Shown here: in pieces, positions 39,116 through 47,245 of the stretch
Position numbering within the stretch: the first letter of the stretch is position 1
How the letters are laid out: each line of letters opens with the position of its first letter
NCBI GenBank assembly: GCA_048939015.1
Contig: JBHLPW010000004.1
Coordinates: forward strand, 32,001-96,000
Direction of reading: 5' to 3'
Length of the DNA stretch: 64,000 bases
Origin: Promethearchaeota archaeon
GTDB taxonomy: Archaea > Asgardarchaeota > Lokiarchaeia > Sigyniarchaeales > SOKP01
Notes under the pieces: model-generated
Database searches by the model: none
Told to the model about the DNA's origin: nothing
Seen by the model: only the letters and a program-made list of their open reading frames with translations
Position numbers and translations under genes: made by a program

Positions 39116-40303
39116 ATGATTTCTTCTTTTAATTTTGCTAGTATTCCACATATCATTTTTGGAGCTGGAAGATTAAATAACCTTTATAAGATTATTCCAA
39201 AATATGGTAATGAGATATTAATTGTCAGAGGTGGAAGTTCTCTTGAAAAATCAGGTAAATGGGATGAAATTGTGTCTATTTTAGAAAAAAAATCAATAAG
39301 ATTTTCATCAATTTCAATTTCGAATGAACCATCACCAAACCTTATCGATGAAAATGTTGCAAAATATAGAAATAAGAACATTGATTTAATTATTGGCATT
39401 GGTGGAGGGAGCGTCACTGATGCAGGAAAAGCAATTTCAGCCATGTTGACTAAAAATGATTCAATTAAAAATTATCTTGAAGGAGTGGGTGATAAACTTC
39501 ATGATGGAAAGAAAATCCCATATATAGCAATCCCTACGACTTCTGGCACTGGAAGTGAAGCAACTAAAAATGCAGTTATTAGCGAAATTGGACCTAATGG
39601 CTTTAAAAAATCACTTCGCCATGACAATTTTATTCCTGATATTGCTATTATTGATCCTGAACTCATTATTTCATGTCCTCTATCAGTTTCAGCAGCTTGT
39701 GGAATGGACGCATTTACACAACTTCTTGAAGCTTATGTTTCCTCCAAATCAAGTCCTATGACAGATGTATTGGCTTATAGTGGGATGAAATATATGAGTG
39801 AAAGTATTATTTTAGCATGTTCAAATGGAGCATCTGATGTGAATATTAGAGCGAAGATGGCATATGGATCTTTAATGTCGGGAATCACTCTTGCTAATGC
39901 AGGATTAGGAATAATTCATGGACTAGCTTCACCAATTGGAGGTCTCTTTGAGATCCCACATGGAGTAGTATGTGGTACGTTATTAGCTGAAGCTACAAGA
40001 ATAAACATAAAAAAGCTTCAAGATCTAGGACCAGAAGGCAAATTAGGACTAAAAAAGTATGCGGAAATAGGTGCACTATTATCAGGAGATTATCATGTAT
40101 CTGATGAAAAAATCCAAAACTATAATATAAAATTGGTAGAAACACTTGAAAAATGGACAATAGTTTTAAAGATCGACCGTCTAGGTAAGTTTGGTATTAT
40201 TGATGTAGATATTGATAGAATTGTAGAAAAAACGGGATTAAAAAACAATCCCGTCAATTTAAGCAAAGAGGATATTAAAACTTTAGTATTGAATCGACTA
40301 TAA
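39116..40303 (+). CDS. Iron-containing alcohol dehydrogenase
   Basis: GGGSVTDAGK, PTTSGTGSE, GMDAFTQ, HGLA and PHG motifs. Confidence 0.93.
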   Translation: MISSFNFASIPHIIFGAGRLNNLYKIIPKYGNEILIVRGGSSLEKSGKWDEIVSILEKKSIRFSSISISNEPSPNLIDENVAKYRNKNIDLIIGIGGGSVTDAGKAISAMLTKNDSIKNYLEGVGDKLHDGKKIPYIAIPTTSGTGSEATKNAVISEIGPNGFKKSLRHDNFIPDIAIIDPELIISCPLSVSAACGMDAFTQLLEAYVSSKSSPMTDVLAYSGMKYMSESIILACSNGASDVNIRAKMAYGSLMSGITLANAGLGIIHGLASPIGGLFEIPHGVVCGTLLAEATRINIKKLQDLGPEGKLGLKKYAEIGALLSGDYHVSDEKIQNYNIKLVETLEKWTIVLKIDRLGKFGIIDVDIDRIVEKTGLKNNPVNLSKEDIKTLVLNRL

Positions 40304-40331
40304 ATAGCAAAGTTGTAAAATATTAGTTAAA

Positions 40332-40847
40332 TTATAAGTTCTTTACAAGTTCCTTTGCTAATAATTCAAAAGCTAGATTTACATTCTCTCCAGTCTTAGA
40401 AGATATCTTTAAATAATTAAAAAAATCATATTTCGCCATATAATTTAATGCGAATTCATCTCGAACTGTATTAACATCAATCAAATCTAATTTAGTACCT
40501 AGAAAAATAATTGGAATTCCCGGATTATTTTGTCTACAAATATTAATCCATTGGTCGATTCGTAGTAAACTTGATGGTCTGGTAAGATCAAACAACATTA
40601 ATGCGCCTCTTGCACCTGTTGCATAATTACTCAAGAGAGGTCTAAAATGCTCTTGTCCGCCAAAATCCCATACTTGAAGCAAAATTTTTTTCCCATCGAT
40701 TCTTAATTCTTTAAGAAAAAACTCTACACCTATCGTCATTTTTGTATTAACTAAAAATTTTCCCTCTATATATCTATAAAGGAGTGTAGTCTTTCCAACA
40801 CCACCATCACCTGCGGTAATCACTTTCAAAAGTATAGGTTTTTCCAT
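40332..40847 (-). CDS. Rab/Ras-like small GTPase
   Basis: GDGGVGKT, TIGVEF, WDFGGQ, TKLD and ISSK. Confidence 0.93.
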   Translation of the reverse strand: MEKPILLKVITAGDGGVGKTTLLYRYIEGKFLVNTKMTIGVEFFLKELRIDGKKILLQVWDFGGQEHFRPLLSNYATGARGALMLFDLTRPSSLLRIDQWINICRQNNPGIPIIFLGTKLDLIDVNTVRDEFALNYMAKYDFFNYLKISSKTGENVNLAFELLAKELVKNL

Positions 40848-40967
40848 AAGTTTAACTCATATGAATACAATAGGGAAATACTTTCGAATTTTAATTATTC
40901 TAAAGGTTCCTCATGTATTAATGGTCTTAGTTGAAACTCTAAAATGATCAAACTATTTTATATTTTT

Positions 40968-41411
40968 TTAAGCTCTCTCAACGGATAAATATTTCTTTTG
41001 TCTTAAAAAAATTGTACTTATATTAATTCTTTTCGCTTTTCTACGCAGTTCTGAATCGTTTGTTGCAAGATACACATTTTGACCAATAATTTGTAGTTCT
41101 TGTGACTTTCTTAATAAGAAATCATCAGTCTTTTCAGTAATTTCTTTTATATCTTCTAAAATTTCAATGTTATAATTTTGTTTATTCTTATCTATATACG
41201 ATATCCCATTCTCAAGTAATCTAATATACTTGGTGCCCTTTTGCTCTCTTGTTCGTTTAGATTCTAATTCATTTAAAATTTGGCGAAATATCACAAATTT
41301 TAATCTTCCTACAATGATAAATCTAATTTCATTTAAATAATCAATTTTAAATTGGAAAGGAAGTAAAATAAAATTAGAATCGAGAATTATTATATTAATT
41401 TTAGAATTCAA
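40968..41411 (-). CDS. PIN-domain ribonuclease, Fcf1/Utp23-like
   Basis: ILDSNF, ELE, TDD and ATNDSELR acidic active-site residues; FLRQKKYL tail. Confidence 0.85.
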   Translation of the reverse strand: MNSKINIIILDSNFILLPFQFKIDYLNEIRFIIVGRLKFVIFRQILNELESKRTREQKGTKYIRLLENGISYIDKNKQNYNIEILEDIKEITEKTDDFLLRKSQELQIIGQNVYLATNDSELRRKAKRINISTIFLRQKKYLSVERA

Positions 41412-41929
41412 TAGGATTGACGCTCTAATATTTTTCTAGTTAAAAGAGAAAAAGCTTCTTGAACATTTTGTCCTGTTTTTGAAGAGATTTTGACAAAATC
41501 TATTAAATTAAATTCTTTTAAAAATGAGGTTGCATAATCATCATCAACCATAATCTCATCCTCCAAATCCAATTTTGTACCTAAAAAGAGAACAGGAAGA
41601 TTTGGGTCGCCTTTACGCACGATATTTATCCATTGTTGCAAGTTCTCCAATGTAGTTATACGAGTGAGGTCAAACATCAGTAGCGCGCCTTTTGCTCCTA
41701 ATACATAACTTTCAAGAAGAAAGCGAAACCTTTCCTGACCTCCGAAATCCCACAGTTGCAGAGTGCATTGTTTAGAATCAATTTCTGTCTCTTTTAGGAA
41801 AAATTCTACTCCAATTGTCATTTTTGTTTCAGCGGAGAATTTTCCCTCTACATATCTATGTAATAATGTTGTTTTTCCCACTCCACCTTCTCCTGCAGTT
41901 AAAATCTTCAATATGAATTTTTGAGGCAT
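41408..41929 (-). CDS. Rab/Ras-like small GTPase
   Basis: GEGGVGKT, TIGVEF, WDFGGQERF, TKLD and ISSK. Confidence 0.94.
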   Translation of the reverse strand: MPQKFILKILTAGEGGVGKTTLLHRYVEGKFSAETKMTIGVEFFLKETEIDSKQCTLQLWDFGGQERFRFLLESYVLGAKGALLMFDLTRITTLENLQQWINIVRKGDPNLPVLFLGTKLDLEDEIMVDDDYATSFLKEFNLIDFVKISSKTGQNVQEAFSLLTRKILERQSY

Positions 41930-42235
41930 TCTTGTTATCTCTTTTAAATTTTTGGGAGCAATTTATATAGTGTTAGCTTTTTGGAGCTAATTTTGTAAGA
42001 TGACTAATTTTTTCTATTATAATTATAATCTTTATACGAATTTTTATTCTTTTTCGAATCGATAATTTGAATTTAATTTAATTGAATAATAATTTTTTAT
42101 TTTAGTGTTTTATTGTTTTTTCAACTTTAAATTATTAAAAAAGATTTTAAAAATAAATTTTATTAATGACTCTATAACTATATTTCTTAGTTTTTTTTTA
42201 GAATAATTAATTGGTAAGATATCAAGTGATTTATT

Positions 42236-42529
42236 ATGAAAATGAAAAAGAAAAGTCCAACCGAAGATGATTTAGAAAAATTTAATATAAAATCATGGGG
42301 TACATGGAGTAAAGAAGTCAGTGAATTTGATTGGTCATATGGAGATACCGAAACATGTTACATTTTAGATGGAGAGGTTGAAGTTACAGATTCTGACACA
42401 GGTGAAAAAATACAGTTTAAAAAGGGAGACCTAGTTCAATTTGAAAAAGGATTAAAGTGCGTTTGGAATGTAAAAAAACCAATAAGAAAACACTATAGTT
42501 TTGATTTGGAATTTGGTGATATTGAGTAA
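42236..42529 (+). CDS. Cupin_3/DUF861-like protein
   Basis: WGTW..E.SEFDWSY...ETCYILDGEV...GDLV.F.KG..C.W. Confidence 0.88.
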   Translation: MKMKKKSPTEDDLEKFNIKSWGTWSKEVSEFDWSYGDTETCYILDGEVEVTDSDTGEKIQFKKGDLVQFEKGLKCVWNVKKPIRKHYSFDLEFGDIE

Positions 42530-42639
42530 ATAATAGTTTTTTTCTTTTAATTTTTTATTTTGTATCAATATGAAAACAAATTATTTATAGAGATTCAGTT
42601 AAATATATTCTATCAAAATAAGTCTTTAGCTGAATTGAA

Positions 42640-43122
42640 ATGAAGAGTAATGTAAATTTTAATTTTGATAAACTAAAAGTAAGCCAATTAGGGTATGTAT
42701 ATAAAGATATAAGAAAGCAGACCATTATTATGGAACAATTTTTTGGGGTCACTCGATTTAATATTATAGGTCCAGTTGAAATGAACATCAAACTTCGAGA
42801 AAAAGAAACAAAATGGATGGCAACGGGAGCATTTAGCCGACTTTTTGATGGAGTTGAAATTGAGTTAATACAACCCGAAAGTGGTGAATCAATTCACCAA
42901 GAGTTCTTAGATGAAGGGAGAGAAGGATTACACCATATACGCTATGATATCGATGATTTACCTCTTGTTTTAGAAAAATTCAAGGAAGTTGGTATTGGAG
43001 TGTTGCAGGAGGGTAAAATTATAGGATTAAAATATGCATATATGGATACTGAATCCATATTAGGAATAATTGTTGAATTTTCTGCAGTTAAAAAAGGAAG
43101 GAAAAAAGCTTTGAATATATGA
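42640..43122 (+). CDS. VOC/glyoxalase family protein (methylmalonyl-CoA epimerase-like)
   Basis: QLGYV, IELIQP, EGLHHI and YMDT motifs. Confidence 0.85.
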   Translation: MKSNVNFNFDKLKVSQLGYVYKDIRKQTIIMEQFFGVTRFNIIGPVEMNIKLREKETKWMATGAFSRLFDGVEIELIQPESGESIHQEFLDEGREGLHHIRYDIDDLPLVLEKFKEVGIGVLQEGKIIGLKYAYMDTESILGIIVEFSAVKKGRKKALNI

Positions 43123-43130
43123 GTATTATA

Positions 43131-43673
43131 TTAAGCAAACCTTTGCTTATCTCTATGTTCTTTTACTGAGATTTCTCTTTCGTCTAGTCTATTAAGTCTA
43201 ATTAAGTTTTCCTTAATTACTTTAATTTCAGCTTTTGTTATAATTTTATAATCTTTTAAATTATCAAGAATTTCTTTTTCACTAAAGCCCTTATTATACA
43301 ATTCTTGAAATTTCTCGATTGTCTCCTGATGATAAAAAATATATTGTTTATTTAGAAAGACTATTAACCACTTTTTTTTCTCTTGATTCTGAGATAATTC
43401 AAATAACTCGTCTTGTATTACTTCAATGTGTTTTTCAAACTTTCGTGCTATTAACTCATCTTCAATTTTATAAAATTGTTTCATAAATTTCTGAAGTTTA
43501 TTTTTAAAAAACAATTTTGGGATGTAAGATAAAATGAATAACAATAAAGTGATCCCGGACATCCAAATTGCTGCAATGTGATTATAAATCGCAACAATGA
43601 TTATTATGAAGACTAGAATTAGAAACCATTTTCTTCCAATGGTCTTAGTTATGACAATATACTTTTTTGGCAA
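43131..43673 (-). CDS. Hypothetical membrane protein
   Basis: Two N-terminal TM helices plus a soluble domain. Confidence 0.75.
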   Translation of the reverse strand: MPKKYIVITKTIGRKWFLILVFIIIIVAIYNHIAAIWMSGITLLLFILSYIPKLFFKNKLQKFMKQFYKIEDELIARKFEKHIEVIQDELFELSQNQEKKKWLIVFLNKQYIFYHQETIEKFQELYNKGFSEKEILDNLKDYKIITKAEIKVIKENLIRLNRLDEREISVKEHRDKQRFA

Positions 43674-43763
43674 TGATTAACACAAAATTTATTCAATATT
43701 AATTAAGGTTATATTTAATAGTTTAAAAACTTAATTTTAGAAGAGATAAAAAAGTAGACGACA

Positions 43764-43948
43764 TATAACCACATAAAAAAGGCGTGACCGGGTATTTTCC
43801 TTGTATGCCATGACCGTAAGCTAACTTACAGTTTGTAGTTTCCCATAAACCGTAATTACAGTACTATCTACAACGCTAAACAAGTTTAACTTCCGGGTTC
43901 GGATGGTTCCAGCGCCATAGCGAATTGCTATTGGTTCATGTGGTTATA
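43764..43948. repeat. 11-bp perfect inverted repeat flanking the 5S gene (candidate processing stem)
   Basis: TATAACCACAT at 43764-43774 and ATGTGGTTATA at 43938-43948. Confidence 0.85.
43781..43916 (-). rRNA. rrf: 5S rRNA, circularly permuted gene
   Basis: Minus strand reads CCATCCGAACCCGGAAGTTAAAC..AGCG..AGTACTG..GGGAAA..CTGTAAG (3' part), then TTAG, then CTTACGGTCATGGC..ATACCCGGTC (5' part). Helices I-V can be paired by eye; the re-ordered length is about 118 nt. Confidence 0.88.
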
Positions 43949-44036
43949 AACGCTAGTGTTAACCATTATATAAGGTCGGTTATTTTATAAGAAAATACCT
44001 ACTTATATGGTTAATAGTAAATAGGAATAATACAAG

Positions 44037-44057
44037 CTATTAAAAAAAGTTTTCGGC
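44037..44057 (-). promoter_or_regulatory. Putative archaeal BRE-TATA promoter of the 5S precursor
   Basis: Minus strand GCCGAAAAC-TTTTTTTAATAG; implies a start near 44015-44020, just before a long hairpin. Confidence 0.6.
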
Positions 44058-44089
44058 TTGAGACATAAAATTTAAAAGAATTAGTTAAA

Positions 44090-44656
44090 GTGGTGCTGTT
44101 TATAGTATTATTTCAATTAATAATCCAAGGAGTAAAATGGTACCAATTTCTGATTAATGCGACTATAACAATTTTAGGAAGATCGCTTGACATTTTAAGC
44201 ACGAGATATGTAACAAGAGAACTTAAATTAGAAACAAATCGAATTGCTCGTAAAATAGGCTGGCGTGGGATGATCTTACTTCAAATTCCAATAGTAATAT
44301 TGGGATCATTAGATTTCTATTTTAGTTTTTTCATATTATGGTGGAGTATTTTTCTCTTTGCCAATAATATTGAGGGAAGTTGGTATATAAGAGAAGCTGG
44401 AGAAAAAGAGTATCAAAAAGAAATAAAATCAAGATTAGAAACCTCTAAAATATGGAAAATAGTTTTTGGAGAATTATCTTCAATTTTAAAATTTACTTTA
44501 GCAGGCGTTTTTATCATCATCTTCCTATTTATTTTTGAAGATCTTTTAGCTGTTTTTTTGATTTCATTAGCTTTAATAATTCAAGGTATATTTGGAACTA
44601 TTAGTTCTATTTTATATCTTTTAGAGTTGAAAAAAGATAAATCTAAAGAAGAATAA
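44090..44656 (+). CDS. Hypothetical multi-TM membrane protein
   Basis: Hydrophobic helices; LDILST...ETN motif. Confidence 0.7.
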   Translation: MVLFIVLFQLIIQGVKWYQFLINATITILGRSLDILSTRYVTRELKLETNRIARKIGWRGMILLQIPIVILGSLDFYFSFFILWWSIFLFANNIEGSWYIREAGEKEYQKEIKSRLETSKIWKIVFGELSSILKFTLAGVFIIIFLFIFEDLLAVFLISLALIIQGIFGTISSILYLLELKKDKSKEE

Positions 44657-44671
44657 CTTTCCAATAAGAAT

Positions 44672-46798
44672 TTAGTTTTTGCTTAAAAATTGCGCGTACC
44701 TTTTAAGACCAATATATATAAAGAAAATAGAAATTCCTCCCAAAAATATAATCATAACAATAGAGAGGGGAATTAAATAATCAATCATTGTTTGAGGGAT
44801 TGAAAAAAAGAATTCAGTATTATAAATTACATTAGTATTATTTGCATAATCTCTTAAAACTATAAAATAAGAATATTTACCAGGTTTTAGTTTCTCAATT
44901 GTTATTTGAAACAAATCATTGTTTTCTTCAATAATATTTGATGATCCATAATAATTATAATCGCTAAAATTACTTTTAGAATAACAGATGTATGTAGATT
45001 CAATCCCAGATTTATTTTCTTGAACTTGAATATTAAAAGTTGCTAAGACAGAAGTTTTAGGATTTTTTGGGCAGCATTCTACACTAATAACTTCTGGCAA
45101 TGTATTATCTGGCAGAGCTGTAAAATTAAAGTAAGAAGGAACTAAATTATGACCTGTAATCGATACATTATAATCCTCATATTCTTCATTTGGAATACGA
45201 AACTTCACTAAACCATCTTCATCTGCATATGTGGTAAAATATTTTTCCCCAGATCCTTGAATATGAACTCGTGCAAAGGGAACGACTTTATCATCACTAT
45301 CTTTTATTATCACTGAGACTAATTCGCCTTCATATATATTCTCAATAAACGGATTTAGCGCTGATTTAGGTGTATTTGTATAAATGTCAACTTCAGGATC
45401 TCCTAAAAGGCAATAGGTAAGGAGTTGCTTACGTTCAAAATCAAAATATGTTGCGGTTTCCCCTCTGTTAAAATAATCGCTATTTATATATGCTAATTTT
45501 GAATCATATAGCGCTTTACCTTGTTGAAACTTTTTATTTAAATAAAACTCTTGCCAAAAAAGTTTTGCATTTCCACGATTTAATTTTTCAAGATTGTAAT
45601 CATCTAATAAATACCAAGTTACACGTAATCCTCCAATTGCACCAATGGCTCCACCTTTAGTTCGCTTAATTAATATTTCACCTATACTATTATCAGTAGT
45701 AGTATCATAACTTGAAGTTGAGCAAGCATCTAAGTAAACTAGAGAAGGTTTATCATCATTTGAACTTATAATAGCATCTGATGATGTATAACCTGCCCGT
45801 GATGGATTTCTGAAATAACTTGTTGGGAGACCATGTCCTGCCATTAATACTGTAGAATATCCATCATTAAAATAGGTACGTAGTACTGCTTGAGTGAGAT
45901 TACCAGCTTCTTCTATTAAATGAGTATATTGTAAGGATGTATCTATGTAGTTTTCAACAATATAACTAGTTAAAAAACTCTCATATTCTCCGTTAGGATC
46001 TTCTCCACTAGGATAATCAGAAATTCCTCCTGCAAGTAACATTCTATGCATCCAATTACCTATTTCTGGATTAGACTCGTATTTCAAAGTTTTATTTACC
46101 ATTATTTCCAGTTCAAGTGCATTATTCGCTGGAAATCTCCCAACATATACTTCAGGATCCCATGATATCTCATCTAAGCCATATAAATTATCCAGAGGAG
46201 ATTCCCCCCATTCACCATCTTGATCACTATCCCATGTACCATCAAGATCGGCGTAATAATAATCAGTAGGTTTATATTCATTATCTCCAACTGTTTCAGT
46301 TCTTCCATCCCCGTATCTATCAACATCTGGATTGTATACATATCGAATAGGGATTAAATCATCCTGAGCATCGCCTGCTAATAATACCCATTGAATATTT
46401 TCAGTTTCATAATATGATTTAATCATATTCCTAATTTTTTCAGCATCATCAACACCCTCATATAAACTGAAATTACTCAAAATAATTGTTTTAACTCCTT
46501 TTTCATTTTTCCATTCCATTAATGGTTTAACAGCATCAATAAAATCAGTTTTATTTGGTGTTATAATTAACATCTCAATTTTAGGATCATACCAGAGTTC
46601 ATTTAAGTGAACATAATCTATTTCTGGTAAAAATGACAAATCTACACTCAAATATCCATTAGATGTCTCAATCGATTCTGAAGGAGTTCTCGTGTTTAAA
46701 AATATAGAATTGTGATAAAAGTTAACATTAATGATAGGGATGAAAATCAATACTAAAAGAATTAAGTAGATAAATTTTTTAAGAGAAAGCCTAACCAT
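44672..46798 (-). CDS. Peptidase C25 (gingipain-like) surface protease
   Basis: WKNEKG, VLLAGD, TDYYY, VYVGRFP, catalytic GHG and ACST, LLGDP; signal peptide and C-terminal TM. Confidence 0.92.
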   Translation of the reverse strand: MVRLSLKKFIYLILLVLIFIPIINVNFYHNSIFLNTRTPSESIETSNGYLSVDLSFLPEIDYVHLNELWYDPKIEMLIITPNKTDFIDAVKPLMEWKNEKGVKTIILSNFSLYEGVDDAEKIRNMIKSYYETENIQWVLLAGDAQDDLIPIRYVYNPDVDRYGDGRTETVGDNEYKPTDYYYADLDGTWDSDQDGEWGESPLDNLYGLDEISWDPEVYVGRFPANNALELEIMVNKTLKYESNPEIGNWMHRMLLAGGISDYPSGEDPNGEYESFLTSYIVENYIDTSLQYTHLIEEAGNLTQAVLRTYFNDGYSTVLMAGHGLPTSYFRNPSRAGYTSSDAIISSNDDKPSLVYLDACSTSSYDTTTDNSIGEILIKRTKGGAIGAIGGLRVTWYLLDDYNLEKLNRGNAKLFWQEFYLNKKFQQGKALYDSKLAYINSDYFNRGETATYFDFERKQLLTYCLLGDPEVDIYTNTPKSALNPFIENIYEGELVSVIIKDSDDKVVPFARVHIQGSGEKYFTTYADEDGLVKFRIPNEEYEDYNVSITGHNLVPSYFNFTALPDNTLPEVISVECCPKNPKTSVLATFNIQVQENKSGIESTYICYSKSNFSDYNYYGSSNIIEENNDLFQITIEKLKPGKYSYFIVLRDYANNTNVIYNTEFFFSIPQTMIDYLIPLSIVMIIFLGGISIFFIYIGLKRYAQFLSKN

Positions 46799-46897
46799 AT
46801 ATTATCAATATTAATGATTAATTGTTAAGATATTTATAATTGAAATAAGAATTTAAAAATAAGAATCTAATTATTATATAAAAAAGGTTATTATTAA

Positions 46898-47116
46898 ATG
46901 CCTTTACGTTTTAATACATGCCCGCACTGCGAAAGTAAAATTACATTTAGAATAGAAATGGAGGATATTGATTCTAAACAATATCCTGCTCCAGTGTATA
47001 TAGTATGTAATTCTTGTAAGAAATTATCCACCTTCTATGTTGATAGTCTTTTAAGGGTTTCTTATAAAGAACTTGATAAAAAACCCGGTGCCATCAAAAC
47101 AATTGAAACAAGTTAA
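46898..47116 (+). CDS. Small Zn-ribbon protein
   Basis: CPHC...CNSC, 72 aa. Confidence 0.75.
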   Translation: MPLRFNTCPHCESKITFRIEMEDIDSKQYPAPVYIVCNSCKKLSTFYVDSLLRVSYKELDKKPGAIKTIETS

Positions 47117-47245
47117 ATCCTTCTATTTAACCGTGTAGTTTTTTTAAAATATCAGATATATTGATTAATTTAATAAAAAATCATTTCTTAATTTTTCTTA
47201 GAAGTAATATATTTAGTAAGTAATGCACCTTAAAATTTAACTATC

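Noticed and set aside
43781-43916. Canonical bulge-helix-bulge at the permuted 5S termini
   Set aside because: The best pairing I can draw (GGCG/CGCC, UG/CA, ACC/GGU with 1- and 2-nt bulges) is not the 3-4-3 geometry.
43764-43948. Reading the 11-bp inverted repeat as MITE or IS ends
   Set aside because: No target-site duplication or transposase; the enclosed sequence is a complete 5S rRNA.
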